DNA of 64,000 nucleotides from contig CAXXXD010000004.1 in the NCBI GenBank assembly GCA_963663385.2, forward strand, positions 960,001-1,024,000. The letters are read 5' to 3'. Every line of letters begins with the position of its first letter. The stretch's first letter is position 1. The translations under genes were made by a program, and so were the position numbers. This DNA is from Oceanispirochaeta sp. GTDB lineage: Bacteria > Spirochaetota > Spirochaetia > DSM-2461. Shown piece after piece: positions 41,933 to 52,277 of this stretch. The notes below the pieces were generated by a model. It was given only the letters and a program-made list of their open reading frames with translations, had not been told where the DNA came from and searched no databases.

Positions 41933-42877
41933 TTAAGATGTCTCTTCCATTATTTTATTTGTCAATTTTGTTATAAACGTGCTGGCATCGCCTTCTACCA
42001 CAATATCCGACAGGCTGCAGATCGGGGCGTTTCTGTTGGTATTGACGGAGATGATGTAATCCACATTCTTCAGGCCTTCCACATGCTGAATAGCCCCGTT
42101 GATGCCCACTGCAAAATACAATCCCGGACTGACCGTTTTTCCCGACTGCCCTACCTGTATGCTGCGGGGGACAATCCCCTTGTCTACAATGGCACGGCTG
42201 GCGGACACCTGTCCTCCCAGAGCCTGTGCCAGCGGTTTCAGACTGTCAAAATCTCCTGATATGCCTCCGCCTCCGGAAATGAGAACGCCGCTGTCGCGTA
42301 TATCGTACTCAATGATTTTTTCCTCACAGCCCAGCAAATTTATGCCCCCCCTCCGGTAAGGTAATTCGTCCGCTTCGATGATTTCGGTATGGACCGCTTT
42401 TTTCTGTTCATACGTAAAAACTCCGGAACGGACGGTCATCATGACCGGCCCGTCTCCCGTAACGGTTATCCCTGCCATGATTCTTCCGCTGTAGGCGGGG
42501 CGAACCAGTTCCAGCCGGTCTTCCGTCCGGTAAATTTCCGTTACATCAGCCACAATCCCGGTTTTAAGGCGCATTGCCACCCTGGGAGCCAGCATTCTCC
42601 CCCGGGGGGAAGCCGGCATCAGTATGCTGTCAAACTTATACCGACTGTGCAGACCGGCTATGATGTCTGCTGCGGCAGTTAGATCATAATCCCTGATATT
42701 ACTATCGCTTAATCGAATTACCGCATCGAACAGGCTCATCAGATCTTTCCCGTCTGCATTCATTACAAGAGCATATGTTCTATAAGGTTCCTCGCCGTAA
42801 ATCTGCCTGACTGTTTCAAGCAGGTCCACAGCATCATTCTGATAATCCTGTTCCGTAAAAATTAATGCTCTTTTCAT
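41933..42877 (-). CDS. Electron transfer flavoprotein alpha subunit
   Basis: QVGQSGKTVSP.LYFAVGINGAIQH..INTNRNAPI. Confidence 0.95.
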   Translation of the reverse strand: MKRALIFTEQDYQNDAVDLLETVRQIYGEEPYRTYALVMNADGKDLMSLFDAVIRLSDSNIRDYDLTAAADIIAGLHSRYKFDSILMPASPRGRMLAPRVAMRLKTGIVADVTEIYRTEDRLELVRPAYSGRIMAGITVTGDGPVMMTVRSGVFTYEQKKAVHTEIIEADELPYRRGGINLLGCEEKIIEYDIRDSGVLISGGGGISGDFDSLKPLAQALGGQVSASRAIVDKGIVPRSIQVGQSGKTVSPGLYFAVGINGAIQHVEGLKNVDYIISVNTNRNAPICSLSDIVVEGDASTFITKLTNKIMEETS

Positions 42878-42878
42878 A

Positions 42879-43673
42879 TCAGATGAATCTTTTCTCTTTC
42901 AGAAAAGAGAAAACCGCATCAACACCCTTTCCGTCAGCGCTGACAAGCAGCTTTTCCCTTTCCTGGTACTTTTTCGTATAAGTCCTGGACACTTTTGTAA
43001 GGGAGCCCTTTAGTCCGACCTCGTCCTTGTGAAAGCCCAGTGTTTCATTATTAATCCGGTTTAATCTGTGTGCGACATCCATTTTCTGATTCTTGTATCT
43101 CACATAGGGCAGTCTGTAAGCGCTCTCCCTTGTCAGACTCAGGATGGCTGGAAGCTCCACCTTATAGGTCGCCCTTGAACGGTCATCCTCTACTTCTACC
43201 ACAGCGGATGAACCGTGGAATCCTTCCTCATCAATGCGGGAAATTCCCGACAACTGGGGGATATTCAGTAATTCCCCCAGCTGGGACGGGACGTGGGACG
43301 TGTCCCCATCGACGGCATGGGTCCCTGTCAGGATGCAGTTATACCCGGCAGTACTCAGGTATCTGCCGAGTATCCGGCTTGTTGCATAGGTATCGCTGCC
43401 TGCGTACAGCCTGTCCGTTATAACTGTTCCCCGGTCTACATCCACTCTCAGTATGTTCTCCACAAGGGGGATGACCGAGTCCGGCGCCATGGTAACCACT
43501 TCAATGAATGTTTCCGGATTTCTCTTTTTCATATTCAGGGCAAAACCAATGGCACAGGCATCATCGGGGTTGATCAGCATTTTACTGTTCTCTCGAATCA
43601 GCACATGTTTTTCATGGTCATAGCTGAAGTTGTCCACATCCGGCACGAACTTTACAGCACAGATTATTTTCAT
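42879..43673 (-). CDS. Electron transfer flavoprotein beta subunit
   Basis: ICAVKFVPD, INPDD, GSDTYAT, DGDTSHV. Confidence 0.95.
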   Translation of the reverse strand: MKIICAVKFVPDVDNFSYDHEKHVLIRENSKMLINPDDACAIGFALNMKKRNPETFIEVVTMAPDSVIPLVENILRVDVDRGTVITDRLYAGSDTYATSRILGRYLSTAGYNCILTGTHAVDGDTSHVPSQLGELLNIPQLSGISRIDEEGFHGSSAVVEVEDDRSRATYKVELPAILSLTRESAYRLPYVRYKNQKMDVAHRLNRINNETLGFHKDEVGLKGSLTKVSRTYTKKYQEREKLLVSADGKGVDAVFSFLKEKRFI

Positions 43674-44965
43674 TAAGCTTCCTGTACTTTCAGATTTTCC
43701 GCTTCCGGTCTGTTCAATCTGTTGTAAACCAGGGCGATGGCAATACCTGCCAGACCCAGTATACCGCTGACGATAAAATAGGCATTATACCCACCGTTGG
43801 GGCCGAAAGTATTCCACAGGAAGGTGTTTAACTGGGGCAGAATGATATCGGGCAGATATCCGATAAAAGAGATCAGACCGATAGCGGTTCCCATCATGGC
43901 CGCCTCAATTTTCGATTGTCCCAGAAGAGACCAGTAGGTCCCGCGGATGGCATAGAGAAAAGCGCCGAGGACAACAATAAGGACGGTAAACAGCCTGGGA
44001 GACGTTGTTACGGGAACAACGGCTGTCAGTCCCAGGAGAACTGCCGCACCGAGCAGAGCTCCGCTGATGGTTTGGGTCCTTCCGAATTTATCCGCCAGAA
44101 AACCGCCGATGAAACCGCCCACAGGCCGCATCCAGAGGACCACAACCATGATTGTACCAACAGTTACGGCATCAATGCCTACGTTGGACTGCAGAAAGCC
44201 GCCCAGGTAGTAAACGGTCCAGAAAACGGCGTATCCCATAAAGATTATTCCGCCCATGAGATAGACGTATTTGTTTTTAAGGAGTTTCCCCACATCTTTG
44301 AGGTGGAATTTTTCCGCTTCCGAGCGTTCTCCGCTGTTTTCCGCGTGTTCCGCCAGTTTTTCATCGCTTTCTACAAAGATCATAATCAGGACAGCTGTAG
44401 CCAGAACAATGGAAGAATAAAGATAGATAACAGAAGTCAGGGCGGAGGTTTTGTCTGCCATGGCTGAGCTTGTACCGAGGATGGCGGCAAAGACGGCCAG
44501 TCCTACTGTTCCCATCAGGGCCTCCACAACACCGCGTCCGCCGTCGAGGATTCCGAAAAAACGGCCTTCTTCACTGGCTTTGGCCAGCATTTTTACAACC
44601 TTCATATGGGAGCTCCAGAAGGTGAATACGGAAAAGAATCCCCAGAGTACAAAGATTATATTAACGGCACCCAGAGTCGGAACCTGGGCAAACCAGAAAC
44701 CGCAGAGGGCCGTACCTGTCAGGGAAATGGCGATAAGCCATTTTGCCGAGAAGCGGTCACTTAACAGTCCGCTGGGAATGTATCCGAGAACAAACGCCAT
44801 TCCCATCATGGAATAGAAATTATTCATCTGGGGCAGGGTCATGTTGAATACTTCGAGAATTGTTTCCTGATAGTTGGTTTTAAGGTAAATTACGGGATAG
44901 ATGGCTCCCGCTGCCAGCACAATCAGAAAAAACTGAAAATAACGCCTGAAATTCTCCTTTTGCAT
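43673..44965 (-). CDS. MFS transporter (YqcE-like)
   Basis: 12 TMs; GLLSDRFS and GGFLADKFGR loop motifs. Confidence 0.92.
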   Translation of the reverse strand: MQKENFRRYFQFFLIVLAAGAIYPVIYLKTNYQETILEVFNMTLPQMNNFYSMMGMAFVLGYIPSGLLSDRFSAKWLIAISLTGTALCGFWFAQVPTLGAVNIIFVLWGFFSVFTFWSSHMKVVKMLAKASEEGRFFGILDGGRGVVEALMGTVGLAVFAAILGTSSAMADKTSALTSVIYLYSSIVLATAVLIMIFVESDEKLAEHAENSGERSEAEKFHLKDVGKLLKNKYVYLMGGIIFMGYAVFWTVYYLGGFLQSNVGIDAVTVGTIMVVVLWMRPVGGFIGGFLADKFGRTQTISGALLGAAVLLGLTAVVPVTTSPRLFTVLIVVLGAFLYAIRGTYWSLLGQSKIEAAMMGTAIGLISFIGYLPDIILPQLNTFLWNTFGPNGGYNAYFIVSGILGLAGIAIALVYNRLNRPEAENLKVQEA

Positions 44966-45077
44966 AGTAACTCCATTTATATATAGTATTGTATTTTCAT
45001 CAGCAGGAAACAGATACCCTCCAGCACTGTCCCCCGCGGATAAACTGATTCAGCCGTACCATACGGTACCATGTCTT

Positions 45078-46553
45078 TTACCAGATGTACTTTTTGATCC
45101 CTTCTGTTTCGGGGAAGATAGTTCCGTAGTTCATAACACCCTTCGGATCAAAGGCTTTCTTGAGTTTTTCCAGCATATAGAATGCCGATCCGTGCTCGTC
45201 CTTTGCCCATTCGCTCCTGTATTTTCCGATGCCGTGGTGATGACACATGGAACCGCCGTGTTTCAGGGTTTCTTCCACGATGATCTTCTGAATCGGATGG
45301 TGGTAGATCACCATTTCATCTTCGGGCTCGCAATGGATTTTGTAGTTGTAAACAAAATACATATTTGTTCCGTTCAGATAACTATGGGAAGAGTGCCCGC
45401 CCAGCATGGTAAGATCTTCCGCACGTTCGAACTCGCTACGGACCCTGCTTATTACGCTGTTGTAGATTTTGGGAATTGTTTCCCAATCCGCCGAAATCTC
45501 GGTTGTGAATCCGGAATGGGAGTCCCCGGCTTCCATTTCGGCAAATTCATCATCAATGTCCTGCTGGGACCAGTTCAGGTGGTTGAACCAGTCTTCAATC
45601 AGTTTACTGTCCACCTGTTTGATAATGCCGTCCCGGAATTTTTCCACCCCTTCCTCAATGGCCTGACCGGTGGCTTCTACAATCCCTTTGGGGCCTTCCG
45701 CCATAAAAAGCAGAACGCATTTGTTCTCATGGAAATGATAGAAATGCTGGGCCGCATCCTCCTCCGAGTAGGTACGGGCGACAGAGGGTCTGAAGCCGTT
45801 AACCATTACTTCACGCAGTACACTGATCCCTGTTTCCACATCTTTAATCAGGTAGCCGTAAAACTTGTTGTTGTCAGGGTAATACTTGAAAATTTTGACT
45901 GTTACTTCGGTGATATAACAGAGGGTTCCTTCGTTACCGATGGCTATATGCCGGATATCAGGGCCGCCCGACCGTCTGGAAACATTTTTGATTCTGGCAA
46001 TATGCCCGTCGGGAAAAACACATTCCAGGCCCACGACCATATCTTCAATTCCTCCGTAAAGGGTGGAGAACTGACCGATACTCCTTGTGGCCACCAGACC
46101 GCCGTATTTGGCAACCGGTTTTGACTGGGGAGAGTGGCCGGCTGTATAGCCGACTTTTCTCAGCTCATCCTCCAGATCCTGAAGGGCCACTCCTGCCTGA
46201 ATGGTAGCCTGGGAGTTGTAGGTGTCAATTTTCAGGATTTTGTCCATTTTAAGAGCATCTATGACAATTGTTGCATCCTTCCAGTTTTCAAGTCCCCCTT
46301 CTGTGGCAGTCTTTCCGCCCCGTGGAATAACATTTATCTCATTTTCATTACAGAACCTGAGGAGGCGGCTGACCTCATCCCTGTTGTCGGGGTAGACAAT
46401 GGCAATGGGGGAAGGGGTATCCAGTACCTTCCTGGCTTTGGCAAATTTTTTATACCTGTCCGCTGAAGCATCGTACAGATCATCAGCATTTGTGTTTATC
46501 TGATCTGCGGCAACTATCTCTGCTATCTGATTCAGAATTGTTTTAGGATCCAA
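45078..46553 (-). CDS. VAO/PCMH FAD-binding oxidoreductase (YgcU / alkyl-DHAP synthase-like)
   Basis: IPRGG, GHSPQS, GQFSTLYGGIEDMV, HSSHSY, HHHGIG, DPKGVMN. Confidence 0.92.
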   Translation of the reverse strand: MDPKTILNQIAEIVAADQINTNADDLYDASADRYKKFAKARKVLDTPSPIAIVYPDNRDEVSRLLRFCNENEINVIPRGGKTATEGGLENWKDATIVIDALKMDKILKIDTYNSQATIQAGVALQDLEDELRKVGYTAGHSPQSKPVAKYGGLVATRSIGQFSTLYGGIEDMVVGLECVFPDGHIARIKNVSRRSGGPDIRHIAIGNEGTLCYITEVTVKIFKYYPDNNKFYGYLIKDVETGISVLREVMVNGFRPSVARTYSEEDAAQHFYHFHENKCVLLFMAEGPKGIVEATGQAIEEGVEKFRDGIIKQVDSKLIEDWFNHLNWSQQDIDDEFAEMEAGDSHSGFTTEISADWETIPKIYNSVISRVRSEFERAEDLTMLGGHSSHSYLNGTNMYFVYNYKIHCEPEDEMVIYHHPIQKIIVEETLKHGGSMCHHHGIGKYRSEWAKDEHGSAFYMLEKLKKAFDPKGVMNYGTIFPETEGIKKYIW

Positions 46554-46627
46554 TTATTTTTCCTCCTGATTGAATTGGTAAAGGAGATTAATTCAACTAA
46601 CCTCGGAATCTTTTTGGTTTTAAAAGA

Positions 46628-46719
46628 ATTGTAGGGGGATATTTTTCATCAGTCAAGAAAAAAATGGAAAATTTTCTATTAAGGTGTATTATAATATGTT
46701 TATTAGGAAAATTTTCCAT
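46628..46719. promoter_or_regulatory. Divergent promoter region with two palindromic operators
   Basis: Minus-strand TTGACT(46656-46651)-17-TACAAT(46633-46628); ATGGAAAATTTTCTAT 46664-46679 and GGAAAATTTTCC 46706-46717. Confidence 0.7.
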
Positions 46720-46786
46720 TTAGGGTATACAGTCTATTGTAAGAATGTTAGATTCAGGTTTATAAAATGGATAAGGTATAACCGTC

Positions 46787-47515
46787 GTGATTAATATTGA
46801 TTTCAATGTATTAAACTCCCTGGAGAAGGGGATCCATGAAACACTCAGTATACATAGTAAAACTGTTGACACCATACGAATAACCCGGGCGGCAGAGCTG
46901 TGCGGGTGTTCTGTATCAAAGATATCGAAGTTTACCAAGAAACTTGGCTTCACCAATTATAAACAATACCTTGATTTCCTGTATGGCAAGGATTTGGGAG
47001 TAACGGGCCATTCCTCCGAATTAACCAGAATCCAAAATTTTATCCGGGATTTTGACAGCAGAAAAGTGGACGAAATGATAGAGCTGATTGAAAATCATGA
47101 TAAGATTGTGCTGTTCGGCTACGGTCCTTCCCTTCTCTGTGCCCAGTATTTTGAATATCGCCTTCGGACATGTACCAATAAGGTTATTATTGCCGTACCT
47201 GATGATCTGTCTGTAGCCTCCATGACGGATGACAAGTCTCTGCTGCTGATTTTTACAGTAACCGGCACTTTTCAGTCTTTTGAAAATATCTACCACGATA
47301 CCAAAGAGAAAGGCTGTGATGTTGCTATAGTTGTTGAAGAGTACAATACGTCTCTGTTCGAGCAGTGTGATAAGATATTTCTCCTTGCCAAAGAACCTCA
47401 GCCGAGTCATCTGCTTGCCTATGAAAAGTCCAGAACCATCTTTTTTATTTTCATGGAAGAGGTTATTCAGCGTTTAACAGTGCAGCAGAAAGCAATCAAT
47501 CGCAGGCTGAACTAG
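46787..47515 (+). CDS. RpiR/MurR-family regulator (HTH + SIS)
   Basis: AELCGCSVSKISKFTKKLGF HTH; IVLFGYGPS SIS domain. Confidence 0.9.
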   Translation: MINIDFNVLNSLEKGIHETLSIHSKTVDTIRITRAAELCGCSVSKISKFTKKLGFTNYKQYLDFLYGKDLGVTGHSSELTRIQNFIRDFDSRKVDEMIELIENHDKIVLFGYGPSLLCAQYFEYRLRTCTNKVIIAVPDDLSVASMTDDKSLLLIFTVTGTFQSFENIYHDTKEKGCDVAIVVEEYNTSLFEQCDKIFLLAKEPQPSHLLAYEKSRTIFFIFMEEVIQRLTVQQKAINRRLN

Positions 47516-47563
47516 TTATAGAATCTGTTTTTACTGCCCTGATCCCATAAACTGTTCTTAGGA

Positions 47564-48478
47564 TCAGGCGCTGGTTGCAGCCTTTTCCAGAGGGAGAGTA
47601 TCCACCGGATCATAGCTGAACCCTTCGCCGAAAACCTCTCTTGTTACAGAGATAAAAACAAAGGCTTTGGGGTCCAGCTCCTGTACCAGTTTTTTGACAT
47701 GCAGCACATCCCTGCTTTTTAACACACTCATCAGAACAGGTCTCTCTTCTCCGGTAAATTTGCCGTAACCGACCAGTTCGGTTACGCCCCTGTTCAGTTC
47801 CTGCAGTATCCTCCGGGATATCTCTTCATACTCCTGAGAGATGATATACACCGTATTTGTGTAGTTAACGCCAATCAGAATGGCATCGATTACCCGGGCA
47901 GAAATAAAGATGGATAGGGCTGCATAAAGCATCAGGTCGTAGTTATGGAATACAATACCTGCTGTAAATACCACTGTGGCATCGATGGCCAGTAGTATCT
48001 GTCCAATGGAAAACAGAGGGATAAGTTTATGCACAACCTTGGCGATGATATCCGTTCCTCCTGTGGAACCGTCATAATGAAAAATAACCCCCAGACCTGC
48101 ACCGACCATGACTCCTCCGGCCAGAGAAGCCAGAAGGGGGTCTCTGGAAAAGGGGTCCATATACGAGGTCAGATCGATCAGGAAGGAGAGGGCAACGGTG
48201 GCATAGAAGGTTTTTATACCGAAAACCTTCCCCAGAATAAGGATTCCCAGCAGAAAGAGGGGAATATTCATAGCCAGGGAAAAAACTCCCACCGGCCAGC
48301 CGAAAAGGTGATAGAACACCGTGGCCAGTCCGGAGACGCCTCCTGCCGCAATTTTATTGGGCACGAAGAACAGATTGATTCCCAATGCGGTAAACAGGGC
48401 ACCAAGGGTAATCATTAAAAAATCCCGGAAATCTTTGCGGGTAAAACCGTTCTTTTTCAAAGCTGTAAGCATCATCAA
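47564..48478 (-). CDS. YitT-family membrane protein
   Basis: AGGVSGLA, NIPLF, GSTGGTDI, DPKAFV..VFGEGF. Confidence 0.92.
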   Translation of the reverse strand: MMMLTALKKNGFTRKDFRDFLMITLGALFTALGINLFFVPNKIAAGGVSGLATVFYHLFGWPVGVFSLAMNIPLFLLGILILGKVFGIKTFYATVALSFLIDLTSYMDPFSRDPLLASLAGGVMVGAGLGVIFHYDGSTGGTDIIAKVVHKLIPLFSIGQILLAIDATVVFTAGIVFHNYDLMLYAALSIFISARVIDAILIGVNYTNTVYIISQEYEEISRRILQELNRGVTELVGYGKFTGEERPVLMSVLKSRDVLHVKKLVQELDPKAFVFISVTREVFGEGFSYDPVDTLPLEKAATSA

Positions 48479-48601
48479 TTCCTTACTATTATAGTAGTAA
48501 CAATTGGGATATTTCTATCACAGGCAATCTGAAAGGGTAAAGCGGCCGAGAGGCTTTTTCCGGATTTTTTTCTTGATTTTTATGAATTGAATGACTTAAT
48601 G

Positions 48602-48633
48602 AAAGAAGGCTGCTTGTTACAGCAGCCTTCTTT
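48602..48633 (-). terminator. Terminator after the glutamate dehydrogenase gene
   Basis: AAAGAAGGCTGCT..AGCAGCCTTCTTT. Confidence 0.75.
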
Positions 48634-48642
48634 TGATATTTC

Positions 48643-51504
48643 CTAATTCTGATTCCGGATTATTTCTACTTCAGGGTGATGCAGGAATTCTTTATTAAAG
48701 AACTCCCTGGTTTCATCCGGAAGGGTTTCCGTTAATGCTTTTGCATCTTTTTCATCCATTTTGGATAATCCCGCTGCCAGTACCCTGAGCTGCGAATTGA
48801 TGAATCCCGCATCCTTCATGGACATCTGATGTTCCTCTGCATATCTGTAGTCCTCATTCACTGCAGAAAACATAATATCCCGAAGAATGGTGTTCCACAG
48901 GGCTGTTACCGTATCCGACTCTTCCTGACTGAGAACATCCTTTATCCTTCTTCTGAATTCCGGCATGATATAGCGGTCCATTACAGAGTCGTTGAATTCC
49001 TTTTCATAGATGACTTCCGCCTCATACCGGGCCCTCTGATAGAGGTTTCTGAGCCATTCAAAGTAGGATGCGGTAACACCGGCGCCATTGGCAAGGAAAT
49101 CATATACCACCAGAATGCCCCGTTCCTGAAGAATCTTTTCTGCTTTTGAGCTGTTGGAACCATTGGAACCGCATATTTCAATTTTCGTATTTATTTTTGG
49201 TGCATTCGCTTCGGTTACCGCATTTTCCAGAGCAGCCGGAAAGAGAATGTCACATTCCAGTTCAAGAATAGCTGAACCTTCTCCGGCTCCCATGATTTTT
49301 TCATTTACGTTTTTCTCTGCATGGATAACCGATGCCCGCAGAGCCCGGTCTTCCAGTTTCCGTGAATTCTCAACCGCTTCCAGAACCTCTTCGGGATCAA
49401 GATGATTTCCTATTACAGCTCCTCCCGCATCGGATATGGCAATCAGGTTAACGCCGAATACAGCCAGTTCGCGGATAATGGAACTTCCTACTTTACCGGA
49501 GCCCTGAACAACAATCTTTTTGTCCCTCAGCAGTTTGGGGTAGACCGTATCTCTGAGGATTTTCCAGTCTTCATCGCTTATGATATCGATCCCCTCTTTT
49601 TCAAGAATAAGGGGAACCGTGATGGCTGCTGTTTCCTTTAACAGAACCTCTTCCTTTTTCGTCAGTTTTTCGGAAGCTTCCCATTTCCCTTCCAGATACA
49701 GGTTGGTTACGGCGGACAGGGTGGCATAACATAGACCCCGTCCGGTGGCTCCGGTTCTGGCATTTATACCCATTCTGGGTTTTCCCGTGATCTGTGCTGC
49801 CACAACCAGTTCCAGGTAGTTCTGGTTTGCTCCCAATTCCTTCAGTATCCGGCTGTCGGTATGATCGATATTAAAGGCCTCTTTCAGGATCTTTCTGGCT
49901 TCTTCCAGTGATATTATCTGGTCTCCGATCATGGTTACATTATGCCGGACGCCGTACACCATCAGGGCAAGGTCTCTGAGGGCCGATTTGAATCCTTCGA
50001 ACATTCTTCCGATTTCATCTGCTCCGCAGCCGACGTCTCCGGCAGGTACGTCCCGTGCCGGACCGGTTACCAGAAAGAGGGAGCGTCCGAAGTTGCTGAG
50101 GGAATCGAAAAAGTCGATGCTTTTAGGGTCATATTCCCTGGGATTAAGCATCAGTCCTCCCTTCGCTCCACCGAAAAGGATGCGGCTGCGGGCGCTTTTC
50201 CAGGTCATCATAAAGGAGAGCGCGGCCACTTCGCAGAAGTTTACAATCGGATCAATTCGCAGGCCCCCTTTGGAGGCTCCTCTGATGGTACTGTGTTTGA
50301 TTCTGTAACCGGGAACATTCTGTGTTTCTCCGTCTTTCGGACAGGCTACAAAAAACTCGTCGAATTTTTCGAATCCCAGCAGGAGTTTCAGTATATGAGG
50401 ATTTTCAGCCAGTCCGGCTTTTCGGGCGGCTTCCATAAAGTCTGTTACACTGTTCAGATAGAAATTCCCTATTTCCGAACCGGGTTTGAGGTTTTCTCTG
50501 CACAGGAGGTTCAATTCATTTAAGTAGCTTTTTAGAGATTCCTCTTCAAGGGGAGCGGAAATCTTCCTGATAAGGTTTTCGATTTTATACTCAATACTGT
50601 CCTTTTTCGAGATAAAAGAGGCATTGCAGAATTCACTGAGTGTTTCCGTCAACTCTTTTTCAAGTTCTTTGTAATTTTTTGTAGGTTCATCAATATAGAA
50701 TGTGAACAGGCCGATCCTTTTTTCATCGTGTTCAAACAGATCGTAATAGCTGCGGTTCAGATTTATCTGCTCTTTTTTAAAATACCGCAGGGTTTTATCC
50801 AGGAATTTATCATGGGGGTTGTAACCGGCCATGGATATTCTCAGTACATCTTTGACGATGGCGGACTCGATGATCAATCCCTCCGACTTGGAAGCGGATT
50901 CATAAAGGTGAAGGTGCCGGAAAATTCTTTCGGGATAACGCTGAACGGACAGCTCTTCTCTCAGGTACTTGTTTGAGAGGGTTTGCAGAAACTCTTCTGT
51001 GTATTTCAGATGGTTTTCCCTGCCGTAGGTTTTGACATGGGCTCTCAGACTGTCGGCTCTTTCCTTCTCCTCATCCGACAGTTCCACATAGCTTTCGCCC
51101 CGTTTGTCTATAGTAACAATTCTGAGTCCGCTGGCAGTGGTTTCAGAATCAATGGCTACAATATCCATAGCCTGATTCTTGCGGACTACCCGGGAAAGGC
51201 GGCCGGGATAGTCCCGGCCCACATTGATAAAGTAGGTTTTTGACTGATTGTCCGCACCCGACTGGGACAGCATGTCGCTATTGGCATTGAGAAAGTGGGT
51301 CAGCATATATATGTGATGCGCTATAGTATCGGGGGTATTGCTGTAGAAGTACCAGGTAGGAAGGTAGCCTTCCGAAAAATACTCTTCAAGAATTTTGTCT
51401 TTTGTATTGATATCTATGCGGAACTGGTTCTCGAGGATTTCTCCCGTCTCCGCATAGATTCGTTTTAAATAATCTTCCTTAACTCCCATACTGAATTCTG
51501 ACAT
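48643..51504 (-). CDS. Large Glu/Leu/Phe/Val dehydrogenase (probable glutamate dehydrogenase) with long N-terminal extension
   Basis: SKGGLR, MTWK, GGAKGG, DVPAGDVG, ITGKP, ATGRG, VQGSGKVG, LANGAGVTASYFEW. Confidence 0.88.
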   Translation of the reverse strand: MSEFSMGVKEDYLKRIYAETGEILENQFRIDINTKDKILEEYFSEGYLPTWYFYSNTPDTIAHHIYMLTHFLNANSDMLSQSGADNQSKTYFINVGRDYPGRLSRVVRKNQAMDIVAIDSETTASGLRIVTIDKRGESYVELSDEEKERADSLRAHVKTYGRENHLKYTEEFLQTLSNKYLREELSVQRYPERIFRHLHLYESASKSEGLIIESAIVKDVLRISMAGYNPHDKFLDKTLRYFKKEQINLNRSYYDLFEHDEKRIGLFTFYIDEPTKNYKELEKELTETLSEFCNASFISKKDSIEYKIENLIRKISAPLEEESLKSYLNELNLLCRENLKPGSEIGNFYLNSVTDFMEAARKAGLAENPHILKLLLGFEKFDEFFVACPKDGETQNVPGYRIKHSTIRGASKGGLRIDPIVNFCEVAALSFMMTWKSARSRILFGGAKGGLMLNPREYDPKSIDFFDSLSNFGRSLFLVTGPARDVPAGDVGCGADEIGRMFEGFKSALRDLALMVYGVRHNVTMIGDQIISLEEARKILKEAFNIDHTDSRILKELGANQNYLELVVAAQITGKPRMGINARTGATGRGLCYATLSAVTNLYLEGKWEASEKLTKKEEVLLKETAAITVPLILEKEGIDIISDEDWKILRDTVYPKLLRDKKIVVQGSGKVGSSIIRELAVFGVNLIAISDAGGAVIGNHLDPEEVLEAVENSRKLEDRALRASVIHAEKNVNEKIMGAGEGSAILELECDILFPAALENAVTEANAPKINTKIEICGSNGSNSSKAEKILQERGILVVYDFLANGAGVTASYFEWLRNLYQRARYEAEVIYEKEFNDSVMDRYIMPEFRRRIKDVLSQEESDTVTALWNTILRDIMFSAVNEDYRYAEEHQMSMKDAGFINSQLRVLAAGLSKMDEKDAKALTETLPDETREFFNKEFLHHPEVEIIRNQN

Positions 51505-51644
51505 AATACCCTCCGTTACATTTAATACAGCATCTTACTATTTTAGTAGTTATACTGTTATTATTACTCTTTTTTGGAATATCGCAAGGTTTATTTTTTC
51601 GAAATCAGCAATTAATGGTTGGTTAATTCAGGGTTATGGAAATA

Positions 51645-52277
51645 TTAGCTCTCTATGGTTTCCAGAAATACAAGATTAAGCCCCCAGTTATCCCGGGGGG
51701 GGCCTCCGCACAATCCCTCTACATCCGTTTCAATGATTTCTTCATCCTTCCGGCTTATATTCCGTCCGATAACCATATGCCAGTTTACAGGGCTGTGTTC
51801 TTTTATAAACCGGGCTACTTCGTCCGGATTGTTTGTTTCATCCGTATACAGGATTATGCTCTCTTTACTGTCCAGGGCCGGAAGGATATTGCTCAGTTCC
51901 CGTCCATGAACGGAAATCTGGCGGGGGAGGGGGCTCTGCAGTCCCAGATAGGCTGAAAACACCTGAGCACTGCCTATGCCGGGAATGATTCTGTATTTCT
52001 CCCGGGGAAGTGTGCCGGTAAAGCGGCGGGAGAGGCTGAATATCAGAGGGTCTCCCGATACCAGAACGGCCAGTGTGAGAGAATCATCCATGGCTGCCAG
52101 TTTTCCGGGCAGTTCCGTCAGGGCTCCCTGGATGGACTCTCCTTTTTCTTCGGGAATTGCCATTTGCCGGAGGTGATGGGGAAAGGCATAAACCCTGTCG
52201 GCTTTTTCTATGATTTTTTTGGCTTTGTCCGTAATGTAATCCGGGTCTCCCGGTCCCATTCCTACCAGATATATCAT
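51645..52277 (-). CDS. cbiE: Precorrin-6Y C5-methyltransferase CbiE-like
   Basis: LVGMGPGDPDYIT, VLVSGDPL, IIPGIGSAQ, ISVHGR. Confidence 0.85.
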   Translation of the reverse strand: MIYLVGMGPGDPDYITDKAKKIIEKADRVYAFPHHLRQMAIPEEKGESIQGALTELPGKLAAMDDSLTLAVLVSGDPLIFSLSRRFTGTLPREKYRIIPGIGSAQVFSAYLGLQSPLPRQISVHGRELSNILPALDSKESIILYTDETNNPDEVARFIKEHSPVNWHMVIGRNISRKDEEIIETDVEGLCGGPPRDNWGLNLVFLETIES

